Source of the DNA: Rhynchobatus australiae | Lineage: Eukaryota | Length of the DNA stretch: 64,000 bases | Assembly (NCBI GenBank): GCA_034780895.1 | Contig: JAUZTB010000107.1 | Coordinates: forward strand, 65,863,671-65,927,670 | Direction of reading: 5' to 3' | Shown: positions 1-12,930 of the stretch, in pieces | How positions within the stretch are numbered: position 1 is the stretch's first letter | How the letters are laid out: the number at the start of each line of letters is the position of its first letter | Program-made: the position numbers and the translations under genes | Notes under the pieces: model-generated | Databases searched by the model: none | Told to the model about the DNA's origin: nothing | Seen by the model: only the letters and a program-made list of their open reading frames with translations

Positions 1-96
1 TTTTCCCCTCCATGGATGCTGCTTGACCTGCTGAGTTCCTCCAGCACTTTTTGTGTATTGCTCCAGATTCCAGCATCTGCAGAATTTTGTGTGTCA
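1..96 (+). repeat. Penelope-like element terminal-repeat fragment
   Basis: gatgctgcttgacctgctgagttcctccagca...ccagattccagcatctgcag. The same motif flanks PLE coding relics at about 12030 and 58300 in this window. Confidence 0.7.
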
Positions 97-99
97 CTA

Positions 100-1310
100 T
101 TAAAAGGTCTTGCTGTTAATAGTGTAGTTTCCTTTTATATTGGAACTCCCAAAGTGCAAAATCTCACACTTGGCCAGATTAAACTCCATCTGCCATTATT
201 TCTCCACCCATATCCACTGATCTATATCCTACTATATCCTTTGGCAATCTTCTACACTATCCACAACACCGTTAATCTTTGTATCATCAGTGAACTTATG
301 AACTCACCCATCCACATTTCCACTCAAGTCATTTTTATATATAATCACAAACAGCAAAGGTCCCAGGTTCCCTTATCTTGCCACCTTGTCCTTCCTTCTT
401 ACTGGAACATACCTGCCCTGTACTCTGTGCAGATGGTCTTTAAACATCTTCCACATGTCAGATGTGGACTTGCCTAAAAACAGCTGTCCCAAAGGAACTC
501 TCCCTAGTTCCTGGATGAGACTCTCGTAATTTGCCCTGCCCGAATTTTATACTCACTTACAAGGTCCATAATTATCTTTATTCACAACTATCTTAAAACT
601 GAAAGAATTGAAATCACAGTTTCCTAAAAGTTCTCCCACTGCAAGGTCAGTCACCTGGCCAGGTTCATTTACTAATACCAGTATGGCTCCTCCTCTAGTT
701 GGACCATCTACATAGTGAACCCTCCTCAATGCATCTAATAAATTCTGCCTGTCTAAACCTCTTGTACCAAGAGGTCCCAGTCTGCATTCCGGAAGCTGAA
801 TCACCGAAGACAACAACTCTTGTTTTTGTCTTTCCATAATCTGCCTGCATATCTGTTCTCAATGTCCTGGTGGCTATGGGGGGTGATGGGGCTGTAGTAT
901 AATCCCAGAGTGATTGCACCTTTCTTAATTTTGAGTTCTACCCATATAGACTCAGTGGATGAATCCTCCATTATGTCCCCTCAGTTCAGCTGTGATATTG
1001 TCCCTGATTAATAGTGTAATTTGCCCCACACCCCCCACCTTTTACCGACCTATCTTTTCTGAAACAATGAAACCCTGGAAGCATCCAGTCTTGTCCTTCT
1101 CTCAACTAAGGCACCATAATGGCCACAACATCATACTCCCATGTACTGATCCATGCTCTAAGTTCATTGCCCTTACCCTAAATACTCCTAGCATTAAAAT
1201 AAACACTTCAACCCATCTGTCCCATCGTGTCCATTACCTTGCTCCCTGCCTGTTCTTTCTTATAGTCTTGCTGGTCATGACATCCAAGTCTGCTTCTGTG
1301 ATCTAGCCAC
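100..1310 (-). mobile_element. Decayed CR1 LINE ORF2 (endonuclease plus part of RT, internally deleted)
   Basis: Minus ORF 553-837 has YVDGPTRGGAILVLVNEPGQVTDLAVGELLGNCDFNSFSFKIV, typical of the CR1 APE C-terminus. 140-360 matches the antisense CR1 RT region (ccaaagtgcaaaatctcacact...aaactccatctgcca). Confidence 0.85.
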
Positions 1311-1439
1311 CTCAAATGGTGAATGATTAAACCATTCCTCCGCTGGATACATTTCTGCAACCCTCGAGTGTGGCAGTAAAGACCATATAGGAGCTGCAAC
1401 CAGACTGAAAGAATGCCATGGTTTTAATAGTCAAAAGGG

Positions 1440-1670
1440 CAACAACAGTGCTGGCAGGAGTGTTGAGTAGATTAATAGCTGCAGAAATGCTGTGTCAAAT
1501 GGAAGGCTAGAGAGACTGGGGATTTTGAAATGGCATGTATAAATAGTGCAATTTCAACTTATGTAATTGACTCCTGTTCCAGCTTTTCTCTCCAGTGGGT
1601 CACGCTGAAAGAAGTAGGATGATGGAGTTAAAGGAATTGCTCAAAGGGCTGGCATAGATTCGATGGACCA
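1440..1670 (+). mobile_element. Old CR1 3' end fragment
   Basis: Ends with ...caaagggctggcatagattcgatggaccaaa, resembling the CR1 3' tail; highly diverged. Confidence 0.4.
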
Positions 1671-2199
1671 AAACTCCCAAACTCTATCCCACTCCAAAAT
1701 TAAGGCATGAACACGCTCTTCATTTGTATTACTTTACAGTAGCCAGTTTTAGATTTATTGATTGTTCAATTTTGTCTTTTTATATAGAAAAAGTGCCTTA
1801 TTCAGAAGCTTCCATTACTGAACTCTGTTCACCACTGCCCCCCCCATTAGTTTAGAACATACATTTAAATAAACGACCATCAGCTAAGATGTCTACCGAA
1901 TTATGATTACNNNNNNNNNNNNNNNTACACAAAGGTGCAAGAATCATAGTAACCAAACTGCAAGCTCCCACAAATACCCATGTGATAAGGACCAAATACT
2001 CTATCTGGAAATATCAAATAAATTCTTAACCCCAATTTCCTCAAATTTCACAATTAAAATTCTTGGAAATCAAATGACTAACTTGTTCATTCAAATGTAC
2101 TACATGCAATCTATGGCTTCCCTGCCACTGGGGCCATGTCCAAAACACATCCCAATAAAACCTAATTTATAATTGTAACTTTAAAGTAGCAAAATTTTA

Positions 2200-2570
2200 C
2201 AAAGCACTTGACAAATTAGCATCAAAATTTTTCAGTCACAGGAGTTACAAGGATAGGTGACAAAGAAATAGGTTTTAATAAGCATCTTAATGGAGAAGAG
2301 AGGCACAGATATTTAAGGAAGGAATTCCAGAGCTAAAGACCAAGGCAACTAAAACAATGGCCAGAAACAGCAATGACTAAAACTAGGGATAAGCAACTTG
2401 TCAAATTGATTGAACACAGATTTAAAAGGTTTGCAAGACTAGAGATTACAGAGATTGGAGGGACAAGGTTATAGGGGAACATTGTAAGGTGAAAACTTTA
2501 AAACTGATACTGTCAGACTAGAAGTCAGTGTAGGATGGCAAGTGCAAGACTGCTGAGAAATGAAACAATA
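2200..2570 (-). mobile_element. L2 LINE 3' end fragment
   Basis: aaagcact...ggaaggaattccagagct...gagattacagagattggaggg. Colinear with the copy at 20170-20590. Confidence 0.6.
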
Positions 2571-2969
2571 CAAATTAAAATACAGATAGTAGAGTACATT
2601 CCAATGGAACTGGTTGCGGTATTTAACAAACAAACAGTGGACAATTCCTCTAAATCAAATAAACCATTAAACAAAAATTAACATCTTCAGATCAAAAGAT
2701 ATTATCAATGTTCTAAGATATTCCTCAATTCTAAACTGTTAGGAGCAAGCCCACACACCTGAAGCATCTGGTTACTAAAAGAAAATTGGTAGCTGCATCT
2801 TCACAAAACATTTTACATAATTGCATTTCATATAGTCCTGTATTCTGATTTCACAAATTCATTCAACATTAATCTTTGTCAAATTTGTAACACAAGTTTA
2901 ACATTGCCAAATGTTTTAAATACCCCTATTCCTTTTGGGGGAATAATCCTGGAATGCAGAGATAACTTC

Positions 2970-3085
2970 TTCTCAATCCAAAATGTTGACTATTCCTTCC
3001 CACCCACCCACAGATGCTGCACGACCACTGAGTTCTTCCAGCATTTTGAATTTTGCTTTAGACTCCAGCTCTGCAGTTTTGTCTC
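2970..3085 (+). repeat. PLE terminal-repeat fragment
   Basis: ccaaaatgttgactattcc...cacagatgctgcacgaccactgagttcttccagcattttg. Confidence 0.7.
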
Positions 3086-3109
3086 CAACTTTTCTTCTTT
3101 TTCAGTCCT

Positions 3110-3260
3110 TTAGGATCGAAGATGATCCTATTTCATAGTGTGAAGGATGCTGTGCATGAATTCTTTTAACATAAAGGTGGTTGTTGTACATCAGTTACCA
3201 AATAGTCTTGATATTGCAAAATTTTGATCCAATAGCTACACCAAGCTGATCGGAGATCAG
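3110..3260 (-). mobile_element. RTE-type 3' end fragment
   Basis: taggatcgaagatgat...gaaggatgctgtgcatga...ttgatccaatagc resembles an antisense RTE tail; compare gggactgaggatgactt at 27508. Confidence 0.4.
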
Positions 3261-5279
3261 ACTCAACCGCATGAATTTAAAACACAAATACGTGCAGATA
3301 AAAGCACATGCCAATTCATAGCCACATCAAGGAGATACTCTCAGATACTTCCACGAGATAGATATAAACATACCGTCTTGACCACACCCTCTCCAATACC
3401 TCACTCTCCCTCTCCCCAACAACACACTATCCCCTCGATCTCCCACTTCCACACATTCTCTCTTCACATGCAAACATCCTGCTCTCTTCCCTTTCTTCCT
3501 TTCCAACACATTTGCTCCTCCCCTACCGCACACCCAAAAAGGAAATGCTAATGACCATTTCAGTTAAAAAGCAACCAGCAGATCCTCTGAAATTACATCT
3601 GGATTTCCAGCATGTTGGACTGGAATTACCTTTTAGGTTTTGTGGCTTTTCAGGAGATACAGATAAGAATGCTTTTAATAATAAGGTATATTTAAAAAAA
3701 AGATGCTTTAATGTTCANNNNNNNNNNNNNNNNNNNNNNNNNNNNNNNNNNNNNNNNNNNNNNNNNNNNNNNNNNNNNNNNNNNNNNNNNNNNNNNNNNN
3801 NNNNNNNNNNNNNNNNNNNNNNNNNNNNNNNNNNNNNNNNNNNNNNNNNNNNNNNNNNNNNNNNNNNNNNNNNNNNNNNNNNNNNNNNNNNNNNNNNNNN
3901 NNNNNNNNNNNNNNNNNNNNNNNNNNNNNNNNNNNNNNNNNNNNNNNNNNNNNNNNNATAATCAATCACTTCTTTTTACAAAATGCTCTGTACAATGAAG
4001 CTATAAGAAAACCTGAACAAGTAACCAAATTGATCTACAATCAAGGTTTTCAATCTGCTTTTCAATTAGATATAAAAATCTTGACAGATTCCTCATTTAG
4101 TACTCCCTTTAGCTGTCGAACTGATAGCTTCTGAAACCATTAAAAATGTACTACAATCACTATGGCTTATTTCCCCGTGGAGCTATAGTTGGTGTCTTCT
4201 TTTTCCTAACACAGCATTTATTCAGAACTTCTAATAGCATAACAGACTCCCAAAACAAAACTACTCACCTTTTCATTACTGAAGAGAAATTCAATCCCTT
4301 AATCTGAAGTCATAACCTCCAGACATTCCTTAAATTTGCAGCAATCTATTACCAAATATGTGGAATGAACTAGAATGAAATAATGTACCTTCTTAACAAT
4401 ACCTAGAGAGACTCGATATTTTTCTCCTGAAAAGTCCTGACTTTTTGCATGGGACCTATCAGTCTCAGCTGAACAAAGGAAGAGACCTTCTTCCTACACT
4501 ACTATGCTGGAATACTATACACAACTTTCTGGAATTTGTGGAAATGACAAAATCTTAAATTTTAAAAAGAGATTTGCTTGCTTATACCCAGTGAGCCTCC
4601 AGTTATAGAACTTTTATTTATAGTGAGTTACACTGGTGTCCAATAAGTATACTCCTACTGTAATGTACTTCACAATGTTTAAGAAACTCAAAGAACAATT
4701 TTCTTCAAATAGATGATTGAGACAAGCCTGTCAGTAAAACAGTTTAAGTCACTTCATCACCCACCCATAAAAAAGTAGATTCACAGATAATTATAAACTA
4801 ATTTAATTCTCTGTAATAACTCACCCATCAATTCTGCTGCATTAACTGAACATGTGTTTGAAATGCTTAATTAGCAGACTTAAAGATCCTATGCAAATGT
4901 GGAATAAAAATCTAAAGGTAGGAAAATAATTAATACTAAGTACCTTAACTTGTTCCAGATTTTTCCAAACCCATGAGGGTGGAGAAGTGAATCATGGAAG
5001 AATGAGCTAATACAGTAGGTATTAAAGCAACAATGATGCTAACTAACTGGTTTAATTTCTTTTAATTAGTCAAGTTGATTGTTTTGGGGGAGCAGGGTAA
5101 AGAAACAAACAATGGGTTTGTGGTACGTTATCCATCCACATCTGTGTACTTAAGCAGCACACAAAGTTAAGCAATGAATCCAAAATTCTATGATCTTGGT
5201 AGAGGCAACCCTCTCCAAGATTGTGAAGATTTTAAACAAATGTAGAAACATGCAAGACACTGAGAAAAGCTATAATAAA

Positions 5280-5660
5280 AAGCAAAAAATGCTGTAAATA
5301 ATCAAAATTATAAACAATGAGGAACAGAATAGAATATTTCAAACAGACAAGTTTTCACCGGAAGTAGAAAAATTAGAAAATGCCCATTTTAAATTACAGA
5401 GAAAGGGTGGAGGGAACAATAGGTTGAAGGCTGAAATTGAATAATGCAAATGGTGATAGTAGCAGCTGAGACCGTCTTATTAATCATAATTAACTGTGAA
5501 TCAAAACATACACCTTTCCCAACTTTCCCTCATTCCAACTAGGGACCATCCACCAGAATGCTAAAACAGTTTCTCTCTGCAAAAATGCTGCCTGCCCAGC
5601 ATTTCATTCTTTGTGCCCCCCCCCGCCAAGATTTTCACCATTTGCAGTTTTTGCCTTCAT
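5280..5660. repeat. Degenerate PLE-derived element with two oppositely oriented terminal repeats
   Basis: Left arm aaaaatgctgtaaata... is reversed; right arm is cagtttctctctgcaaaaatgctgcctgcccagcatttc...tttgcagtttttgcc. Confidence 0.5.
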
Positions 5661-5917
5661 TACTGAGAACAGCCAACCTGAACAGCCCAATGTTAAAAAG
5701 CATGGCCTCCATAAAATTAATGATTTTACAGTGAAATAGCAATGAAAAAATTGATTTAATTTAGTCAAGTTACAATCTGGTAGCAAAGAAAGCATGAGAC
5801 CCTGACACATTGACTCAATTGACTGGTTAAAAACGTATAAAAATGAAAGTTAAAAAACAAAGAAGTGACCCATTACATTGAGACAGGAGACAACAATTTA
5901 ATGAAAATCCTAAGATA

Positions 5918-6195
5918 GCTTTTTTCCGTCGCACGTGCATCAAAACACACAGTGAAATGCATCTTTTGCATAGTGTGTTCTGGGGGGTAGCCCACAAGTG
6001 TCACTATTCTTCCTGCACCAACATAGCATATCCACAACTTCCTAACCTGTACATCTTTGGAATGTGGAAGGAAACCAGAACACCCATGGAAACCCACGCA
6101 GACATGGGGGAAACTGCTTGCAGACAGTGGCTGGAGCTGAACGCCAGTTGCTGGTGCTGTAATAATGTTACACTAACTGCTACACTGCCATGCCT
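5918..6195 (-). mobile_element. V-SINE (HE1/MER6-like tRNA-derived SINE)
   Basis: Antisense V-domain tctttggaatgtggaaggaaaccagaacacccatggaaacccacgcagacatgggg, followed by an antisense tRNA-like head ending ctaactgctacactgccatgcc. Confidence 0.85.
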
Positions 6196-6649
6196 GCTCT
6201 ATATTGAGAAAAGAATGTTAGGTTTTGTTCACCATGGACAACAAATAATTAATGCCAAATGGTAAAACTGCTAAGAACCCTAGTAAGTATTTTGTTTTAC
6301 ATCCATAAACAGAACAGTGGTGTAAAAATAAAACTACAAGTAAAATGCTAAAGCAATCAGATTACTTCATTCTTGCACACATTGCACGCATAACAAAAGT
6401 GGGTCTGGGGAGAAAAGATTTCATCCAGCAGTGGCAATGAATGAGCTGTATAGACATCTCCAAAGATCAATGATGAAACTTTAAGATACACTATACCAAA
6501 TTATTTCAATGATGTGTTTACATTTATAATTAAAGTTACTACCATTTTAGCAGTTACGAAACCAGAATGACATCAATGCGTTGAAAGCATGACAGTTCAA
6601 AGTCAAAAATTAAAATAGTGAGTGACTGTATATATATTTGGCAGGAAAA

Positions 6650-6790
6650 TTAGTGAGGGGAGTTGATGGGCATAAGGAAGCATGAGAAATTCCATACAAG
6701 TGGGGCAATGGGACCAATGGGAATGCTAAATGCTAAGGCCTTACTGGCCACATGACTTCCTTTCTATGTCAGAAGGAAATATGAGAATGT
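6650..6790 (+). mobile_element. CR1 3' tail fragment
   Basis: ...ggccacatgacttcctttctatgtcagaaggaaatatgag is a CR1-like terminal motif. Confidence 0.45.
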
Positions 6791-8344
6791 AAAATGATAT
6801 ACCAATGAAGAACAATTAATTTTCTGTGCACAAGTACATATCTAAAGTTTTCTTCCAGTCTTTGTACATCTCTAATCACCAGCACTCATGTGAAGTAAAT
6901 TTTATGGAATTGAAATATGCCTGAAAGCTGCTATGTTTGGTGTGTTTATGCTTCAATTCCAGGTTGTTTGTCTCACTGCAGTTTATTATTTACCCAAGAT
7001 AGTCTGGATGTCAAAGACTGAATCACACTCAAACTGAATTATGTTCTAAATTAAAAAAAACAGAAAAACTGAATGAAAGAATATCTGAAGTAAAGCTCTC
7101 AACTCAGAACAGCATAAATTAATAACCATATGTTCAAAAAACTAGTCTGTTCCTGAGAGCAATGAATCTCTTCAACACAATCTGTAGAACTATCCAACAG
7201 TTAATTTCAAATTTTGTTTCCTCCAGGTTTATACCTTTTTATAAGTTAGCCTTCATGATACCCCCTATACCAGGGGCTTAGATATAACACCTGACTTTGA
7301 AATTCATGAACTCCACACTGCAACCAAGACGGAACTAAAATAATATTTAATAAAGTTAGACTTGACAGCAGAAAAGTTCCCGTGCCTGTCCCATATCTGT
7401 TGTAATAACCACAGGGGAGCACTATTAACTGTTCAGCAAACCAAATACAAATGCTAACTTCTGAAAAGATGCAGATATTTGTAAGAGATGACCATTTTTA
7501 GAACTCTAACCCTGATTTCAATTCATACAAAAACATAATATACAATTTTTTAAGCATTAGATCTACCTAAATTTTAAGGTGACAATATCCTGATGCATTT
7601 CTGATCAACATTACAANNNNNNNNNNNNNNNNNNNNNNNNNNNNNNNNNNNNNNNNNNNNNNNNNNNNNNNNNNNNNNNNNNNNNNNNNNNNNNNNNNNN
7701 NNNNNNNNNNNNNNNNCATTACAAGTTTATTAAGCTAAACTGAATAAGTATATGCTTGGCACTGTATCTGAGGTGGAAAGATGGTGACCCAGACTGTGTG
7801 CTTCTTACAACAGCAAAACTGTCAACTTCACTGTCATTACACTTTGAAAATGAAAGCAACTTGAGGAGCCCGCACATGCGTAAGAGGAACACTTTTGTTG
7901 CCTGTGATGCTCTGCCATTCCATATGATGTGCTGTTGGAAGTCCATGCAAATAGAAATATTTTTGAAGACACAGAAAGACACAAACTTCAACTATTCACT
8001 TGTTTTTTTTAAAAAAAAGACAAATCATGGTTATTGCCAGAATGAACGTGACTGGCTAAAAGTGCAAAGGGCAGAATTCTAAAATAAAACAATTACAGAA
8101 AATATTCAGCAGGTCACAAGTGCAGAGGCACAAGCAACATTGATAGCCCACGACCTTCAAAAAGTTAGATTTGTAATAGGATTTAAAATGTAGAGAAAAG
8201 CTGAAAAAAGTGAGGTTTAGGAAGGCAGGAGAATTTAAATGCCAAAAGAGAACAAGCAGCAAAAGATGGGTTAACAGATGAAGAACATGGAAATATTGTA
8301 ATCATCTTGGAATTAGTACTTCACAAGGATGTTACAAGTGCAAG

Positions 8345-8498
8345 AGACTGAGGAGGGAATCTCAGGAGGTATATAAAATCATAAGGGGCATAGATAGGGT
8401 GAGTGGTCATTTTTCACCGCAGGGTTGGGGAAGTTGAAAACTAGAGAACATAGTTTTAAGGTTAGAGATTTATTAAGAACCTGAGGGGCAACATTGTT

Positions 8499-8529
<31 letters not shown>

Positions 8530-8696
8530 AAAAGTGGGTGGTATATGGAACAAGTTGCCCAAGGAAGTGGTTGATGCAAGTACATTAGATAGATTTTAAG
8601 AAATACGTGGACAGGTACATGGATGACAGGAGTTTAGAGGGATATGGGCCAAGTGCTGGGAAATGGGATTATTTTGAATATACATCTTCGTCGGCA
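8345..8696 (+). mobile_element. CR1 LINE 3' end, truncated by a gap
   Basis: agactgaggagggaatctcaggaggtatataaaatcataaggggcatagatagggtg... (RLRGDL.EVYKI.RGIDRV motif); ORF DRYMDDRSLEGYGPSAGKWD. Confidence 0.9.
8498..8522. repeat. (TA)n microsatellite inside the CR1
   Basis: About 12 perfect TA units. Confidence 0.95.
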
Positions 8697-9049
8697 NNNN
8701 NNNNNNNNNNNNNNNNNNNNNNNNNNNNNNNNNNNNNNNNNNNNNNNNNNNNNNNNNNNNNNNNNNNNNNNNNNNNNNNNNNNNNNNNNNNNNNNNNNNN
8801 NNNNNNNNNNNNNNNNNNNNNNNNNNNNNNNNNNNNNNNNNNNNNNNNNNNNNNNNNNNNNNNNNNNNNNNNNNNNNNNNNNNNNNNNNNNNNNNNNNNN
8901 NNNNNNNCAGGAGTACATTATTAGTGGTGGTGGCTGTGGACTAGTTTGCCTTAAGCTGAAGGAAGAAACAATCTCGGAGGATTGTATAGAGGCAATGAAC
9001 AAATAAAATCAAATTGAGACATGACCAGAAAAGTGAAAATTTATGTAGT

Positions 9050-9286
9050 CACAAGAGACTGCAGATGCTGGAATCTGGAACAAACAATATGCTGGAGGAA
9101 CTCAGTGGGTCAGGCAGCATCTATAGAGGGAAAGGAATTGTTGACAGTTGAAACCTTGCATCAGGACACAGGTGATCAGGACATTCTGATGCAGGATGTC
9201 AACCCGAAATATTGACAATTCCTCCCCTTCACCCCCACAGATACCGCCAAACCTGCTGATTTCCTCCAGCATATTGTTTGTTGCTA
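9050..9286. mobile_element. Non-autonomous foldback element made of two inverted PLE terminal repeats
   Basis: Left aacaaacaatatgctggaggaa (about 9079-9100) is the exact reverse complement of right ttcctccagcatattgtttgtt (about 9261-9282). Inner tgcatcag/ctgatgca are also inverted, with a very short spacer. Confidence 0.8.
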
Positions 9287-9610
9287 ATGAAAATTAATGT
9301 AATAACATTGGAAGAGTCACAGATGAAGGAAAAACAAACTGCACAATGGGACCCATACACTTTTCCAAGTTTGAAGACTCTTTGTGACATTGCGGCTCCT
9401 TATTTTTCCCTCCAGTAAGACAGCAGCAAGAAATTACTTAGCCCTCAATTACCTGTTTTGCAATTCAGTGAATCATTTTTGATCTATGGCCCAACACCAA
9501 TATATCCACCNNNNNNNNNNNNNNNNNNNNNNNNNNNNNNNNNNNNNNNNNNNNNNNNNNNNNNNNNNNNNNNNNNNNNNNNNNNNNNNNNNNNNNNNNN
9601 NNNNNNNNNN

Positions 9611-10260
9611 TACCCCTTTTACCTTAATAACTTTGGTTTAAAAGTTGCAATTACCTTGCATTTAAAATTATCAACTGCCATTTACAGAAAAGTCTTTAAC
9701 AACCTATCCAGTGTTTCCCAATTTCATTCCTGAAAAGCTTGTTTTAATGTTTGGACCACATCCTCCAGTTCCCCTTCATATCTTCAAAACTTCAATCATA
9801 TCACCCTACTACCTTCTAAATTACACAGAATAATCTATTTTATGTTGCTTCATCATAATTGAACCTGGAGTACAGATATCCTTTTGGTAAATCCACACTC
9901 TATTGCACCAAGGCCAATATAGCCTTCCTAACATATGGTGCACAATATTGTTCTCAGTCCTCCAGGTGTGACCCAATCTCTCTCCATCTTGCAATGATAA
10001 TTTAATGATCAATATGCATGCATTTCCATTTCTCTTTGGGTCCCCAGTGCAACAAGTTATTAACCATTTAAAAAGTATTTTATTCTTTTTACGAACAAAG
10101 TAAATAAATTCATATGACAGTCTTGCCTATTTGTTCAATCTTAGTATTTTAAATTTTCCCTTTACACTGCCAACATGCTCCATACAAGCTAGCTTCAATG
10201 TGGATTTCCACTGCAAAGTTTCTGTGAACAGCTTTTACTCTAACACAGATTCTTGAAGAA
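9611..10260 (-). mobile_element. Old CR1 fragment
   Basis: Antisense CR1 3' region: caaggccaatatagccttcctaacatatggtgcacaatattg...tccaggtgtgacc. Confidence 0.6.
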
Positions 10261-10544
10261 CTCAAATCACATCCTGCTAACCCAAGTACCTACCTATCAT
10301 TTCTATGGTAAATCCTGTTGGGCAGCTAGTTTCCTCTTCAACATCCCTTCCCCTTTATGCATTTTAAAGTTTTCCTTCTCTTTCTGGTTCTTACTTTTCA
10401 CTGTTAGCATTCTTCCCCCTTCTGACCAGTGGAATCAGTTTCATTATTCTCCCACACAACATTTTCAAACATTGCTGAGTTTCTTGCAATGATTTCCAAA
10501 TGCCAATTCCAAAGTAGAATTTATTTCTTGATAAACTGGAGCCA

Positions 10545-10732
10545 TGCTTAGGATGTTATGGGAGGAGAGCAGATTGCTGGGGCCTTGGCAGAGATTCTTG
10601 TATCTTCATTAGCCAAAGGTGAGGTAATGGAAGACTGGGAAGAGGGATTAGTATCAATAGGCATGATGGTCAGCACAGATGTAATGGTCCAAAGGGCCTG
10701 TTTCTATGCTGTACAACTTCATGACTCTAATA
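10545..10732 (+). mobile_element. CR1 fragment fused to a CR1 3' tail
   Basis: Translation EQIAGALAEILVSSLAKGEVMEDW (CR1 pre-RT motif), then the tail gggcctgtttctatgctgtacaacttcatgactcta. Confidence 0.8.
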
Positions 10733-10789
10733 AGACTTTGCCTGAAAGAATGGGACAGAAGGATGGAAACAACTGCAGTTCTGGACCAC

Positions 10790-12110
10790 AGCATAAAACA
10801 GCAGCCAGTATCACCTGTGGACAAAGAAACAGAATTCACTCTTCAGGTCAATGACTTTTCTTCAGAACCAGAAAAACAAGCACTTTCAGGTGCAGAAAAT
10901 GGGAAGGGGCAGAGAGAACATTGTGTACAATAGGGGAGAAAACACCAAGACTGAATGATGCAGTGGTGGTGTTGGCCGAGGGACAGTCACTCAACTCACC
11001 TCCGAAGATGTTCTCTCCGTAGCCTCCAGCCTCATCATGCCTAAACCACAGAGCCTGCTTCAACCTTCTTCCCAAGGTGCACAAGCAGTAATGTCCATGT
11101 GGAACTATAGTTTCATTCTGTTACTTTGTTACAAAACTTACTTTTCCTACCTCAAGTCTTTCTAATTTCCTCATCCACTCTTCCCACTTACATCTATAAC
11201 ACCTCTGATACCTTCTATTTACTTCAACACTTTCCAGTTCACATCTTCACCAGGTTTACCCAGTCCCTTTGCACCTCCATCACACTCCAGGGTGGAACAA
11301 GGGTCCTTTGCTTTTTCCTTGAACAGAGGCTCAACCATTTCCCTTACACGCTACCCTTTCTGACTTGGCTAAAATTCTCACACAGAACAACTTGATTAAC
11401 TCCACTTGCTTTTTCTCTATTCAAAATGCATAGCTATAGTAGCACACATGGGTCTAAGCTATGCCATCTCCATGGGATATGCAAAACTGTTCAGTTCACC
11501 TGACTCTTCACTCCTCCATCACCACCACCAGTCATTCCCCTTTTAACTCCACCTCCCGAAGCAACCACAAGAGATGCAGCACCTGCCCATTTACCTCAGG
11601 ACTCAACAATTTCAGATAAACCAGCTTTTCCAGTTTGTCAGAACTGGCTAAATCTGTTGAAAGATCATCAACCTGCAAGGTTAGCTCATTTTATCTCTCA
11701 CTCTAATCTGCTGAGTATTTCCAACGTTATTATTTCAGACTACAGCAGCTGTAGTGTTCTTTCTCACAGTTCCAGCATTGATTTTTCTATTCCTTCTCTC
11801 CGCATTCAACTTTTGCTATTTACCCTCCTCGAGAGAGATCACCTGAAACCTACAATGTATCATCACCATTTCTCAGCTAGAATGCCAGAATTTGGATCAA
11901 TCCACCTCTCTAGGACATTGCTTTTGTTCTCTTTACGCCTTCCCTGCAACTTAAAATATGCCATTTCCAAACTTTTTGTAATTTTGATGCATAGTCATGT
12001 CCTCATACTTTAACTGTTTCTCTCTAGAGATGCTGCCTGATCTGCTGACTATTTCCAGCATCTCTTTATATTTCAGGATTTCTAGCAACTGCAATTTTGT
12101 TTTTGCTTTT
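10790..12110 (+). mobile_element. Decayed Penelope-like element (RT relics, Cys motif, terminal repeats)
   Basis: About 11058 reads FNLLPKVHKQ*CPCGTIVS (FYLLPKIHK..CPGRPIVS motif). ORF 11126-11395 has LPTYIYNTSD...QSLCTSI...CFFLEQR. About 11450 gives MGLSYA and about 11562 gives NHKRCSTCPFT. Terminal repeats at about 10800-10870 (inverted), 11650-11760 and 11980-12110. Confidence 0.85.
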
Positions 12111-12559
12111 CAACACACATACATCTTGACACTTGAATTAACCACAAAAGTAAATCCACAACAGAATTAAGTCAAAGAAAGTACCTTGCTTAAAGTGGCC
12201 CTATCTTGGTTCCACCATACTTATAATGACAGCAATTGGCACAAAATGAAGAAGCGATTCCAGCAGGTTCTACAGGAAGCCAGGCAAAGATAAATTCAGG
12301 AGCTTCAATGAAGGAAGGCAATGAAGTCACTGAACCTAGTAACTGGAGACCATGGAAGGGATGCACAATGGATTGGGTTAATATAAAATGAAATTGACTG
12401 TCTAACTTATTTTTATTTACATCTATGTTTTCTCCTAGCATTGCATAAGACTTGCTGAAATTCAATCTACATTGAATGGTAACAAAACCAGATTTTATTC
12501 ATCTATAATTTAGCAAACTTAAATTGATTTCATCTTTAAACTGCAGTCTGTACTTTACC

Positions 12560-12930
12560 TCAGTGACACTAGTCTACCTTATGTGATGTCAAAGTTTTGT
12601 ACAACCAAATGTATGACTATGTCGCTTAGACAGAAAATTTGCTAAGGTTGCAAAGTGGTAAAAGGAAGAGGTGTGAAGGGATGCTCCTGAAGGATCAGTG
12701 TTGGCACACTGCTATTTCCATTATGCATTAATGGCTCAGGAATTATTTTGTAAAAGTTCAGTTTGCAGATTGATACTAAAATAGAAAAATGTAAATGTTT
12801 GATGGGTAGAATAACTGGCTTTAAGCTGGACATACCAATGAAAAGGGCAGACATGGCATGTAAAATTGAGCAGGGCATTAAAAGTGATGGGCCAAATGGC
12901 CAACACAGTTATATTATTCTTTTCAATAAT
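12560..12930 (+). mobile_element. Old CR1 RT fragment and tail
   Basis: gctcctgaaggatcagtgttggcacactgctattt (PQGSVLGPLLF-like), aagttcagtttgcagattgatactaaa (KFADDTK-like), and tail gatgggccaaatggcc. Confidence 0.65.

Noticed and set aside
7756-8082. 108-aa ORF in unique sequence
   Set aside because: No recognisable domain or clear splice framing; the length is compatible with chance.
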